Source of the DNA: Candidatus Bathyarchaeota archaeon
GTDB lineage: Archaea > Thermoproteota > Bathyarchaeia > Bathyarchaeales > Bathycorpusculaceae
Assembly (NCBI GenBank): GCA_963833575.1
Contig: CAWHXY010000002.1
Coordinates: 1-61,183, forward strand
DNA length: 61,183 bases
Direction: 5' to 3'
A program made the translations under genes and the position numbers. The notes under the pieces are model-generated. The model did not search any database. It had not been told where the DNA came from and saw nothing but the letters and a program-made list of their open reading frames with translations. Below, one piece after another: positions 49,274 through 59,435 of this stretch; position 1 is the stretch's first letter, and the number at the start of each line of letters is the position of its first letter.

Positions 49274-49873
49274 TTATGCTGGTACTGAGTTGTAATATGA
49301 CTTGGTTACTTCTACAAACATCAATGGACCAGTAGTCTTTGCGATAGCATGAACGCGGTGGGTTACATTATTTACGAAAGTTAATGCTTGCTGTTTGTTT
49401 TTTAAGTCTAGTTTGTTTTTGGTTAATTCCGTTTTTACAGCGTATTCTGCCAGCATTTCTGAGCCGCAGATCTCTCCGTTGTTTATCAACATCGATTTAA
49501 CCATGTCTATTAGTTCTTCTTTGCACTCTAAGTTTTTCCAAGCTGGTTCTGCCTTGGAATAAGTTTGTTGTAGATCGTTAAGTTCTTTCTTAGCGCTGTT
49601 TCCTATGAATAATTTGACTCGTTGTTGCCACTTGTTGATCCACATGCCAGTCCAAATGGTTAAGAAAGAGTCAAGCTCGGGTAGATTGTTTTTTGAGATA
49701 GTGTCTAGTTTTTCTTCAAAATTAGAAGAATAAGTTGATTTGCTGCTAAATTTCATGTAGTTTGCAAAGTCCTTGTATGCGAGTTGAAGCACTTTTCGAT
49801 CGGAACCTTGTGCTTCTATGGTTGGACTTATTTTTTTGATTTTTTCGGATATTAATTGTTCAATGAAACTCAT
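49274..49873 (-). CDS. Hypothetical protein
   Basis: 199-aa ORF with its own TATA box (TTATATAG on the minus strand, about 49955-49962). Confidence 0.75.
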   Translation of the reverse strand: MSFIEQLISEKIKKISPTIEAQGSDRKVLQLAYKDFANYMKFSSKSTYSSNFEEKLDTISKNNLPELDSFLTIWTGMWINKWQQRVKLFIGNSAKKELNDLQQTYSKAEPAWKNLECKEELIDMVKSMLINNGEICGSEMLAEYAVKTELTKNKLDLKNKQQALTFVNNVTHRVHAIAKTTGPLMFVEVTKSYYNSVPA

Positions 49874-49910
49874 ATTTGATGCCTTCTCGTTCTCCTTTCG
49901 TTCTCCTCTG

Positions 49911-49939
49911 TATTGTATCGCATCATTTGCGATACAATA
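49911..49939. promoter_or_regulatory. Perfect 12-bp inverted repeat, candidate operator
   Basis: TATTGTATCGCA-N5-TGCGATACAATA between the TATA box and start codon of 49274..49873. Confidence 0.5.
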
Positions 49940-50110
49940 TTCTCATTCTCAAAAGCTATATAACTGTCTTAGGCTCGATTGAGCAATATTCCAGTTTTTG
50001 ACATATTTCAAAAAAATTTCGCCGCTGTTCACATTTACGATATTCCAATTTCAGAAATATGCTTTATGAGCGTAAAAAGGTACTGAGACTCAGAAATCAG
50101 GTGTGTCAGG

Positions 50111-50296
50111 ATGAGATTCGAAAAGATAAAGTGGCATGCTTCGGGCGGTTGCCCTAAACGTAGCGATTGTAGCCTTTACCAACCTACATGTAATACCTGT
50201 ATTTCTGGCCCATACGAGTATTGTGGAAAATACCGCTCTATTGTCGAAACAAACCAGCAAGAGTCTCAAACTTCATTCAACCAAATTGATAGCTAA
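50111..50296 (+). CDS. Small Cys-rich protein
   Basis: CPKRSDC...CNTC...YCGKY; AGGTG SD upstream. Confidence 0.6.
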   Translation: MRFEKIKWHASGGCPKRSDCSLYQPTCNTCISGPYEYCGKYRSIVETNQQESQTSFNQIDS

Positions 50297-50709
50297 CCGA
50301 ACAGTAAATTGAAAGTCTAAAATGCGCTCGCTAAGTAACTGCCAATAATAGTTCTACCTAAATTGCTTCTTCAACGCACAACTAACTTAACATTATTTTG
50401 GCGTTTAATCTTCAAACCAACAGAGCTTAAGAGCCAACCGAAGACCCAGAGAACTACACAAAGGGGCATAAATATTATTCTTAATTTCCTAGTTCCTTGT
50501 TTCATTTTCTCGTCTCTTCCGATTGAAGCTAAGTTGAGCCTTTGACAAGATATAATTTATTGAGAAATTTGATTCACTAAATTTGTTAAGTCCAATTCGC
50601 TAGAAAATTATACGTAGACGCTTTTGAAAAGTGGATGATGATATTTGCATTTGTTGTTGGGTGTTTCTGTAATCAATATGTTGCAGTGTAAATTATGCTT
50701 GTAGGTGGG

Positions 50710-52251
50710 TTACTGTGAAGGGGTAGACGTAGAGGTTCCTGTTCCGGCATTGACAAAGTTAATTGAGCAACCGTTGAAAGTGTTTCCGTAAACAGTGTTG
50801 CAGGTGCATCCTGAACCTTCAATGGCGATTCCTTTTGATGTGGCTGTTATAGTATTAGATTCTATGGTGTTATACGATGAGTTTGGGTTTATGTCTATGG
50901 CGGCACCGTAGTTTTGTAAGTTGCAGTTTGTGAGGGTGTTGCCGCTGATTAGGATGTAGTTGCCGCTGTTTGTCCAGATGCCTATGCCGTCGTTGCTGAG
51001 CGTGTTGTAGGTCACAAGGAGATATGAACTGCTTGTGCCGTGTCCTGTTTCGACGCCTATGCCCCAATAGGAGTTGCCGTAGCCATACATGGGGCAATAG
51101 CTGCTCCAGCAGTTATAGACATTGTTTCCTGTGACAACGTCGCTTAATCCTTCGCTACTTATCCCAACATCGCTGCATCCATATATGGTGTTGTTAACGA
51201 AGTAGTTGGTGTTTGTTGTTGGGTCGGATGAAATTGCATTTGCGCCACAGTTGTAGACCAAGCAGTTTGTGACAGTATTGATGTTGCCGCCTGCTCGGTA
51301 AGCACTTATTATTCCGAAGCATCGGATGTTATAGATTGTGCAGTTTTTGATGGTGATGTTGTTGCCACTGTAGGTTATGCCGTTATTGAAATTTGCTCCA
51401 GTTAGCATGGTTGTTGGGGAAGGCAACTGGTTTAGTCCGTTTCCATTTATTGTCATGCCTGATACGATAATGTTGTTGCCATTTAATGTCATAACAACGT
51501 CATTCTGGTTAGTGGGGTCAGAATGTGGGATGGCTGTAAGTATTGTTCCAGATTGAAAAGTTACCGTTATGCTATTGATGTTTATTTGCCATGTCGAATC
51601 TACTGAATATGCGCCGCTTTCAACGTAAATGTTGCTTCCTGATTCTGCGTGTCCTCCTGATCCTAAAAGCCAGTTAAATGCTGTGCTTGAACTTGTGCTT
51701 GACTCAATTATTGTGTTTGCTGAGTTTAGTATTTGGTAGTTTGAGCCTGAAGTAGTCATTACGTAAGAATATGAGGCTATTGTCGACGTGGGAATTGGTA
51801 TTGGTGAGGCTGTTGGAGTGGGTGTTGGCGTTGCTGTTGGGGGTACTGTTGGTGTAGATGTTGGGTCGGGGGTTGGGGAGGGAGTTGAACTAGGCGTTGG
51901 TGATGGCGATGAAGTTGGAGTAGGTGAAGGAGTTGGGTCGTTTGAATCAGTTGTGGTTGGTGTTGGATGCGGAGTATGTTTTATTGGTTGAAAATAAGTC
52001 GGAGTATGAGTTGACCACTGAGCAGGACCATGTGTGCAAATTGGAATATTAGTTGGCATAAGAACATGAGTTGGAAGTTCAGGCGATTGGTGCTGATAAG
52101 ACCAAGTACATGCCTTAGCTAGAGCTGGAGTTAATGGGAACGCTGATATAATACCTAAAATGAAGAGTCCAACTATGATTAGAACTGCTGGTTTTCCCAG
52201 TCTTTTTAGGTTTTTGGAATAGATTGTATTCTTCAAGTTGCCTGCTTTCAT
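50710..52251 (-). CDS. Secreted Pro/Thr-linker + right-handed beta-helix (pectin-lyase/NosD-like) protein
   Basis: Signal peptide, (TP/SP)n linker, many parallel beta-helix repeats (INGNG, NCTIYN, GNTLTN); probable start ATG 52251. Confidence 0.85.
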   Translation of the reverse strand: MKAGNLKNTIYSKNLKRLGKPAVLIIVGLFILGIISAFPLTPALAKACTWSYQHQSPELPTHVLMPTNIPICTHGPAQWSTHTPTYFQPIKHTPHPTPTTTDSNDPTPSPTPTSSPSPTPSSTPSPTPDPTSTPTVPPTATPTPTPTASPIPIPTSTIASYSYVMTTSGSNYQILNSANTIIESSTSSSTAFNWLLGSGGHAESGSNIYVESGAYSVDSTWQININSITVTFQSGTILTAIPHSDPTNQNDVVMTLNGNNIIVSGMTINGNGLNQLPSPTTMLTGANFNNGITYSGNNITIKNCTIYNIRCFGIISAYRAGGNINTVTNCLVYNCGANAISSDPTTNTNYFVNNTIYGCSDVGISSEGLSDVVTGNNVYNCWSSYCPMYGYGNSYWGIGVETGHGTSSSYLLVTYNTLSNDGIGIWTNSGNYILISGNTLTNCNLQNYGAAIDINPNSSYNTIESNTITATSKGIAIEGSGCTCNTVYGNTFNGCSINFVNAGTGTSTSTPSQ

Positions 52252-52702
52252 TTTTTTCTCTTCTCTCTCTTCTTGAATTTTGAAACCTATTACCCGGTGA
52301 AATAACAAATATCATTGAATACATCCTTCAATATTGTATCATGTGCATCTTACTGCGTACAGACAACTCCAAAAAATAGCGCCTCCGACGCGTTTGAGTT
52401 TTCCAAGCTCAAGTACGCATCTCATAAAAGAAGCTTGAAGGTGATTACCCAATCCAGTTATTTTTGATGCCTGCAGATGATCAAAGCGGAATTAAGACAA
52501 GGGTCGTCCCTGGAATAGGCTAACTTTTATTTCCAAGGTAGACACGCTTTTAGAGGTTGGATTGACAAATAAAGCGCAAACGTGAGAGTGTTGCTGTGAA
52601 GCAACAGTCACATAAGTTTAAGTTCGAAAATGAGAGCCTTTCTGACAGCGAGCTTGCTTTCTTTTAAACTCAAAGAATTGCCGAGGCTGGAGGTGAAAAT
52701 AA

Positions 52703-53929
52703 ATGGAAGATATAGTTGATATTGCAGTTGAAGCTGGCGGTTTCAAAACATTTGTCGCAGCAGTAAAAGCTGTAGGATTAGTTGAAATACTGAAGGGTCA
52801 AGGCCCGTTCACGATTTTTGTACCAGATGATGATGCTTTTAAATTGCTTCCAGCAGGTACAGTCGATGACCTGTTGAAAAATATTCCAAAACTTAAGGCG
52901 GTTCTCATGTACCATGTAATTCCAGGAAAGTTTACGATTGATGAAATAGCTCAAATGAAAACTGCGAAGACAGTTCAAGGGCAAGAAATTAAGATTCACG
53001 GGTCCGGACTGTGGCATCTCCATATGAATCCGATAATTAATGATGATGCACATATTACAAGTACAGACATTGTGGCAGAAAGCGGCATAATACACGTTGT
53101 GGACAGAGTGCTTATGCCAAACATGGAGCTTACTTGCCCTGTGTGCGGAATGGGATTTATGACCATGGAAGATATGACTGCGCATACTCAAACAGCTCAC
53201 ATAGTTGAGAAGGCTCCCGAACCTATGCCAGCGGCTGAGGTGATGCCGGTAGCGGAGAAAGCAGCAGAATCGATGCCAGTTGCCGAAGTGATTCCTGTTG
53301 TTGAAAAGACGACTGAATCGATGCCGGCTCCAGAAGAGGTGCCTGTTGTTGAGAAAGCCCCAGAACCTATGGCACCCCCTGAGGTGGTGCCTTTAGCCGA
53401 GAAGACGGAAGAACCGATGCCAGCTGCCGAAGTGATGCCTGTTGTTGAGAAAGCGCCAGAACCAATGCTGACTGCTGAAGCGATATGGGGTCCGCTTGCC
53501 GCATCAACAAAAGCGACAGTTTCAGTTTTTGAGATTCTGCTTGATACTGCTGGACGGTTCCGTTTCCATCTGAAAGCTAATAACGGACAGATAATTGCTG
53601 TAAGCCAAGCGTACGGGACAAAAGAGTCTGCTCTAAAAGGCATTGCGTCAATAAAAAAGAATGCTCCAATAGCTAAGATCACTGATTTCACAACAGGGGA
53701 GACTATGGTAGAGTCTGCGCATCGAGCTGGAATTGTTCAAGATCCGGTTTTTGAAGTTCAATGCAATGCACCTGACAGGTTCCGTTTCCATCTGAAAGCT
53801 GCTAACGGGGAGATAATTGCTGTAAGCCAATCGTACAAGACAAAAGAGTCAGCTGAAAATGGCATAGCGTCAGTGAAGAAGAATGCTCCAATTGCCAAAA
53901 TCGTTGATCAGACCACTGCTGTGGCCTAA
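52703..53929 (+). CDS. Fasciclin (FAS1) - C2H2 finger - 16-aa repeats - tandem DUF1508 (YegP) fusion
   Basis: FTIFVPDDDAF / LMYHVI / GIIHVVDRVL; CPVC-x12-HTQTAH; two FRFHLKAxNGxIIAVSQxY domains; GGAGGTGA SD. Confidence 0.85.
   Translation: MEDIVDIAVEAGGFKTFVAAVKAVGLVEILKGQGPFTIFVPDDDAFKLLPAGTVDDLLKNIPKLKAVLMYHVIPGKFTIDEIAQMKTAKTVQGQEIKIHGSGLWHLHMNPIINDDAHITSTDIVAESGIIHVVDRVLMPNMELTCPVCGMGFMTMEDMTAHTQTAHIVEKAPEPMPAAEVMPVAEKAAESMPVAEVIPVVEKTTESMPAPEEVPVVEKAPEPMAPPEVVPLAEKTEEPMPAAEVMPVVEKAPEPMLTAEAIWGPLAASTKATVSVFEILLDTAGRFRFHLKANNGQIIAVSQAYGTKESALKGIASIKKNAPIAKITDFTTGETMVESAHRAGIVQDPVFEVQCNAPDRFRFHLKAANGEIIAVSQSYKTKESAENGIASVKKNAPIAKIVDQTTAVA
53201..53488 (+). repeat. Six degenerate 48-bp coding repeats
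   Basis: Encodes six units similar to VVEKAPEPMPAAEVMP. Confidence 0.85.
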
Positions 53930-54148
53930 TCCTAACATTTCTTTTAATTTTTTTTGTTTAGTCAGAACAGGTCGACTTGAATTTAGGAAGGGTTGGCGAA
54001 AAGTGCGTGTAATATTAGTGGAATGTTCCAGACCATAATGTTTTTAGGTATTATTTGTCGATAGTGAACCGTTGGCTGGTACCAAACTTGGGGTCCTTGT
54101 TTTTTACTTCAATGTTCAGATTAATTGCTTTAAAGAGTCTGGGAGGCA

Positions 54149-55087
54149 ATGTCTGTGGGTAAGCCAATGCGTGTTTTGGTTACCGGCGGGGCCGGTTTTA
54201 TCGGTAGCCATTTCGTTGATAAGTTGGTTTCTGAAGGTTATAATGTAAGAGTTCTTGACAATTTATCTGGTGGTAAACTTGGAAATTTGTCCGGCCATTT
54301 GAAGGCTAAGGAAGTGGATTTTGTTAAAGGAGATCTCCGTGACTTAGCCCTTGTTTACAAGTGCTTAGAAAATGTTGATGCCGTTGTTCATTTCGCAGCC
54401 CAAATCAGCGTAACCTTTTCGAATGATCATCCAGATTTTACCTTCCAAGTTAATTCTGCTGCAACACAAAATCTGCTAATTGCTTGCGCAAAGGAGACCG
54501 TTGGAAAATTTGTTTTAGCTTCTTCATGTGCTGTTTATGGAGATCCTGATCCCAAGTGTTTACCCATTAATGAGACTTGTAAAACAAGCCCAATTTCACC
54601 TTATGCTGAATCTAAACTTCTGGCGGAGAATTTCTGTTTTCAATTTGATAGGGAGCAGCTTTTGCGGTCGGTTGTTTTGCGATTCTTTAATGTTTATGGC
54701 ACACGGCAAGTTTTGAATGATTATAGCGGTGTAATTACTCGATTCATTGGCCGAATTAAAGAAAAGAAGCCTTTAATTATTTATGGGGATGGATTGCAAT
54801 CTAGGGATTTTGTTAATGTGAAAGATGTTGTCGAGGCCGTTTTTGCTGCATTGCAAAGCGTCGATGCTCATGGGCAGGTTTTCAATATAGGTTCAGGCAA
54901 GCCTACTTCTATTAATGAATTGGCTAAAATCCTTTTGGAGTTAACTGGCGTTGATTTAGAGGTTTGTCATGAGAAGCCTCGAGCTGGCGAAATTAAGCAT
55001 AGTTATGGGGACATAGCTAAAGCAAGAGAAGTCTTAGGTTATGAGCCTAAGGTTTTGCTTAAAGAAGGCTTGCATGACTTAATTTAG
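54149..55087 (+). CDS. NAD-dependent epimerase/dehydratase (GalE-like)
   Basis: TGGAGFIG, ASSCAVYG, YAESK, LRFFNVYG, RDFVNV. Confidence 0.93.
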   Translation: MSVGKPMRVLVTGGAGFIGSHFVDKLVSEGYNVRVLDNLSGGKLGNLSGHLKAKEVDFVKGDLRDLALVYKCLENVDAVVHFAAQISVTFSNDHPDFTFQVNSAATQNLLIACAKETVGKFVLASSCAVYGDPDPKCLPINETCKTSPISPYAESKLLAENFCFQFDREQLLRSVVLRFFNVYGTRQVLNDYSGVITRFIGRIKEKKPLIIYGDGLQSRDFVNVKDVVEAVFAALQSVDAHGQVFNIGSGKPTSINELAKILLELTGVDLEVCHEKPRAGEIKHSYGDIAKAREVLGYEPKVLLKEGLHDLI

Positions 55088-55393
55088 TTAGTATTTTGCC
55101 AGTTTTTCGAAAGTTTGTATTGATAATCGATTATGCAAAATGTGGAAGCGCGACGCATTCCGGAAAAATTTTTAGGCTTTCTATGAATACCAGTTTTCTA
55201 CTGCATGTTTTAGTTTTTCGTCTAAAGGTAAGTTTTGAACATAATTGCTAATGTTGGTTTTGTGTTTAGAATTCATCCTTTCACTTTGTTTAGTATATAT
55301 TATGTATTGAATAATAATATTTGTGATTGTGAGGATACAGCCACACTCGATTAAGCATTCTCTCTGAGCCGTTATGTTCTCTTTTCCAGAATG

Positions 55394-55540
55394 CTATTTC
55401 ACTTGAGAGTATTTTTGTTTTTCTTCAAGACGTTTAATTCTCTCGTCGAGTCTTCTTTCTCTTTCTTTTTTCTCGAGTGAGACTAGTGGAGATAATGCAA
55501 TGGCAGTAAAAAAACGTTCAACTTTTACATGGGTCTTCAA
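55394..55540 (-). CDS. Small hypothetical protein (48 aa, not in ORF track)
   Basis: MKTHVKVERFFTAIALSPLVSLEKKERERRLDERIKRLEEKQKYSQVK; GAGGGA SD; TTG start. Confidence 0.45.
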   Translation of the reverse strand: MKTHVKVERFFTAIALSPLVSLEKKERERRLDERIKRLEEKQKYSQVK

Positions 55541-55780
55541 ATCTTTCCCTCAGGAAATATTGAGATTCAAGATTTGCTTTTAAGCCGTATTATTTTTCAA
55601 TACATATTACAAATATGGGAATATGCTTTAAGTAGGGTCAGTAAACTTTTCAACTGTTTTGGCGTCCGGGTAAACTCTTGTCAAAGATCTGAGCTTCTAT
55701 AGCCTCTATATATTATATGAAGAGCTAAAATTAAAATACCGTAACATAACATATCTTTTGAGAATAGAGGCGAAATAAGC

Positions 55781-55948
55781 ATGTTAGCGCATAATCGTCG
55801 AAGTAAGGTTGTTCTATTCTTGATTTTACCTTTTGCATGTTTAATATGGTTTGTAGGATGGGCCTTTATTCATTGGGTACCTGAAAAGAAAATCTCAAGA
55901 TACTCAAAAGAAGCAATTGCCGGGCAGTCCCTTCTCCACGTCTCTTAG
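55781..55948 (+). CDS. Small membrane protein (55 aa, not in ORF track)
   Basis: MLAHNRRSKVVLFLILPFACLIWFVGWAFIHWVPEKK...; GAGGCGA SD; resembles 56410..56619. Confidence 0.55.
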   Translation: MLAHNRRSKVVLFLILPFACLIWFVGWAFIHWVPEKKISRYSKEAIAGQSLLHVS

Positions 55949-56071
55949 TTAGCGGTATCCAAATTGGTCCCTTTTAGCGAGTATCTGCAACCATTAGTTT
56001 TAACTAAATTTATGTTTTTAAGAGAATAATTTTAAATAATATGAAATTGTTGCAAAGTTAGGAAATTATCC

Positions 56072-56302
56072 GTGTCAAACCGAGCCAATATTATAGTGAA
56101 AGTCATAGGTCAATTCTTATTTCTATTCGGATTGCTAGCGTGGTTTTACGGAGTTCTCGTTCAGCTAGTTCATCCTGATTGGCTACCGCTTGGTCTCTCT
56201 CATTTGCTACCGTGGATTAGAGTCGACACCTTCACCATCATATCTTTTATTATAGCTGCAATTGGATTTCTCATTTGGAGATTAACCAAGGAACTTTTTT
56301 AG
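56072..56302 (+). CDS. Small two-TM membrane protein
   Basis: Two TM helices flanking HPDWL...LSH...RVD; TTTAAATA TATA box upstream. Confidence 0.65.
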   Translation: MSNRANIIVKVIGQFLFLFGLLAWFYGVLVQLVHPDWLPLGLSHLLPWIRVDTFTIISFIIAAIGFLIWRLTKELF

Positions 56303-56409
56303 ACTAATCTCTATTTTAAGATCCTGAGGTTGTAGAGCGCTATTAGATAGGCACTTGCTCAGGTAGAATTCGATTTTTTGAAAAATGCTTGTTCTTTTTC
56401 TGTTTTAAT

Positions 56410-56619
56410 CTATGCCGTTTGGATTTGCTCTTGTTGGGGGACGAGCACTCCTATTTCAATTGGACTTGGGTTGTGCGATGGTTGATTTAGGTGCTGATTG
56501 TTGTTTTTCCTTTTTTTGGGTTCACCGTGGACGTAAGCTGCGAAGCCGATCACAAAAACAACTGCTAGTATTGGAAGTAAAAGTATTCTTAAATAACGAT
56601 TTTTGATCAAAGCTTTCAT
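56410..56619 (-). CDS. Small membrane protein
   Basis: Basic N-terminus, LLLPI..VFVIGF TM, basic patch. Confidence 0.55.
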   Translation of the reverse strand: MKALIKNRYLRILLLPILAVVFVIGFAAYVHGEPKKRKNNNQHLNQPSHNPSPIEIGVLVPQQEQIQTA

Positions 56620-56853
56620 CTTCTTCCTGTTTTTTGTTAGCGGATGAACTATGATTAGTAATAAGGATTCGGAATTTAAATCTTTGCATAGTAAGAGTTA
56701 ATACATGACAGTTGCTATTGAAGACACAAGTTACAGATACTGGCTAAAACCAACCTTGTCTAACGTCACATCATAATTTTTAGATCTAAATAATTTTATG
56801 AAATCTAATGAGAAAAACTAAAAAAGAAAATTGATTTGGGTTTATTTTTTCGA

Positions 56854-57156
56854 TTACGCAGATGGCGTCTTATTCTCTGTTTCATGTTCGGCTGTGATTT
56901 CTTCAATTGGTTTTGGCGGTGGTGTTGAAGCCATTGTATAGCCGATCCATGCGCCTATAGCAAGAATAGCGATGAACCCAATAGAAACCAGAATCAAAAC
57001 TGCATTTAGTCTAAAAGTTGTTCCAGTATTCGCGTTGACTGCCATCCCAAGAAGGCTAGATACTGACGAGGGGAAAATAGCAAGAATTGCAAAAGCTACA
57101 GCAACAATTACGCAGACAGCAAGTATCGCTCCACCTATTGCTTGATCTTTACTCAT
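56854..57156 (-). CDS. Conserved archaeal two-TM protein
   Basis: MSKDQAIGG...WIGYTMASTPPPKPIEEI; GGTGGTGA SD. Confidence 0.8.
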   Translation of the reverse strand: MSKDQAIGGAILAVCVIVAVAFAILAIFPSSVSSLLGMAVNANTGTTFRLNAVLILVSIGFIAILAIGAWIGYTMASTPPPKPIEEITAEHETENKTPSA

Positions 57157-57411
57157 CCTTTTTTCACCACCCTATTGTTAGACCTTTAATGAAAGGTTGA
57201 AGGTAGCAATCGACTATTATAGCTTTTTCAATTTTAACCTCCAAACATCGTGACAACAAAAAAAATGCAGAAACATTGGCATTTGTAAATGAGGTTGAAC
57301 TTTTGTTACATAACTTTTTTAGGGTTTACTTGTCAATAATGGGTTCACGGCTGAATTAATTGGTTGGAAAAAGAGGAATCGGTGTATACGGGTTCGGAGG
57401 GCTTTTAGTTT

Positions 57412-59349
57412 TTGAGTAAGAAACCGCCTGTTTCGCCCGATTCTTTTCAAAGTCGGCTTGTTTGGATAATTTATTTTTTGCTTGGTTTATGTTTAGTCTA
57501 TTCATTATTTTATTTAGCAAGTTATTTCGGTTTACATTTCTTTATTTTATCAAAAAGAGGCATGGTGAACCACATTGTTAATGGCAGTTTGTTTTCTGGT
57601 CCCTTAGATACAGCTTTTTGGGTTTCTGCAGTTTTAATCATTTCAGTCTGGCTTATCTATCAGTTAAACCGCAGTTTTGTGAGTCGATTTTCCAAGGTAA
57701 TTGTGAATTTGGTTTTGTTTAGCGTTTTTATTTGGGCTTGTCTGGTTGGCTTCGGGACAGTAAGTATAGTTTCTCTGTCTTTGGCTAGCTTATTACTTGT
57801 TGTTTTATGTGTTGTTTTTGCCTCTTGGTTTTTTGATGTTTCTCAGCTTGGTGTATTTCTGCGTTTATTAGCAGGAACAGTTTTAGTGGCTGTGTTTTTT
57901 GAGGTTGCTGCTTTGATTTTATACAATATTCCGTTGGCCTTGAACTTGGGTTCAGGAGCTTTGGGTTTACATTGGTATAATGTTGAGTTGAGTCTTTCAA
58001 ATTTGGCATATCCCATTTTGCCCTATGTTTATCTGGTCTTTGTTTTGTTGGGAATTGCGGCTTTATTCATCCGGTTAGTGCCAACTGGATGGTTAAGTGA
58101 TGTTGAAAAGCGACTTAGCAAGTTTGTTGGTGCCTTAAGTGGCTTTTTTGAATCAAAAACCAGCATTAGTGAGTTTGAATTTTTGCAGGGTCGCTTTGTT
58201 TTGGTTTTGGTAGTTTTGGTTTCAGCTGTTATTTCTTGTTTGTTTGTGATTTTTACGGTTTTGCCTTGGGCTAATCCGACCCATATGCTGGTAAGTGCTG
58301 ATTCTCCAGATTATTATCAATGGATTATTCATATGAGGAGTGTTGATGTTAATTCTGCGTTGTCGTTTGCCTTTTCCAATGACCGAGCATTATTCTTAGT
58401 GTTGACTTATGGTTTCTCTTATTTAGCTGGACCATTTAACGTTGTTCAGTTTGTTGCTGCTCCGCTGATTGTTTTGTTTGCAGTTGCAACATTGCTTGTT
58501 TTGCGGTTGCTTACCCCTAACTGTATCGTTTGGGTTCTTGGCGTTTTGCTTGTACCGTTTAGTTTTCAGGCCTTGGGTTTGATTTATTCTGGTTATTTCG
58601 CCAATATGTTGGCGTTGATTTTAGTGTTAGTTTATGTAGTTTTGTTTTTCCGGGTTCTCAATCATTGGTCTAGTTTAGGCTTTCTTGGTCTGTTAGTTGT
58701 CTCTGTGCTTGTTTTGTTTTCTCATTCTTGGACATGGTTTGTTTTTGCCTTTTCGCTTTTAGTGTTTTTGCTCATAGAGTGGAGAGCAGTCATACGTGAA
58801 AAGAGTTTGTGGGGGCGGTTCAAAACTAAAGTACTCTTCGTCGGTTCGACCGTTGCTGTTGGTTTATTGTGTGATTTGGTTCGAAATCTTTTCTCTTCTG
58901 TTTCTTTAGGGGGTTCTGTTTTAGTTACTGCTCAGTCAAGTTTGAGTCTTCCTAACCCCACCTACATCTTAAGTGGCTTGCAAAATAGCGTTAATTTTAT
59001 CTTGGGTGGTGTTTATGCAAGTGGGATCTTGATTTTCTTTTCAATTATTGGTTTTTTGGCTTTAGTGAAGTATAGGTCTGAAGTGTCAAATTTCTTGGTT
59101 GCTTGGGTTTTTGTTGGTTGTGTATCTATTTTGCTTGCAGCTAAGGATTTTGTTTTTGATAGATTTCTGTTTTTGATGCCTTGGGTCGTTTTGTCAAGTT
59201 TTGGGTTGTTTTTTGTTATTCGTTTTGTTGATTCCAGGTTTGGAGGTTGGAGAGGACGATCAGCAGTTATTATTTTGGTATTAGTTTTTGTTGGGCTTGT
59301 GCTTCTGAACAATGGTTTGCGCTATATTTTTAATATTAATATCTGGTAA
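57412..59349 (+). CDS. Polytopic membrane protein, possibly GT-C-like
   Basis: Many TM helices; loop VSADSPDYY, YFANMLA, HSWTW, RFLF. Confidence 0.7.
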   Translation: MSKKPPVSPDSFQSRLVWIIYFLLGLCLVYSLFYLASYFGLHFFILSKRGMVNHIVNGSLFSGPLDTAFWVSAVLIISVWLIYQLNRSFVSRFSKVIVNLVLFSVFIWACLVGFGTVSIVSLSLASLLLVVLCVVFASWFFDVSQLGVFLRLLAGTVLVAVFFEVAALILYNIPLALNLGSGALGLHWYNVELSLSNLAYPILPYVYLVFVLLGIAALFIRLVPTGWLSDVEKRLSKFVGALSGFFESKTSISEFEFLQGRFVLVLVVLVSAVISCLFVIFTVLPWANPTHMLVSADSPDYYQWIIHMRSVDVNSALSFAFSNDRALFLVLTYGFSYLAGPFNVVQFVAAPLIVLFAVATLLVLRLLTPNCIVWVLGVLLVPFSFQALGLIYSGYFANMLALILVLVYVVLFFRVLNHWSSLGFLGLLVVSVLVLFSHSWTWFVFAFSLLVFLLIEWRAVIREKSLWGRFKTKVLFVGSTVAVGLLCDLVRNLFSSVSLGGSVLVTAQSSLSLPNPTYILSGLQNSVNFILGGVYASGILIFFSIIGFLALVKYRSEVSNFLVAWVFVGCVSILLAAKDFVFDRFLFLMPWVVLSSFGLFFVIRFVDSRFGGWRGRSAVIILVLVFVGLVLLNNGLRYIFNINIW

Positions 59350-59435
59350 GCGCTGGCTTGTCCCGAAATTGAAGCGGGCATGGTTGTTCCGAAATTGGTT
59401 TGCAAAGTACTTGATGCTCTTTGACTTGGCGCTGG

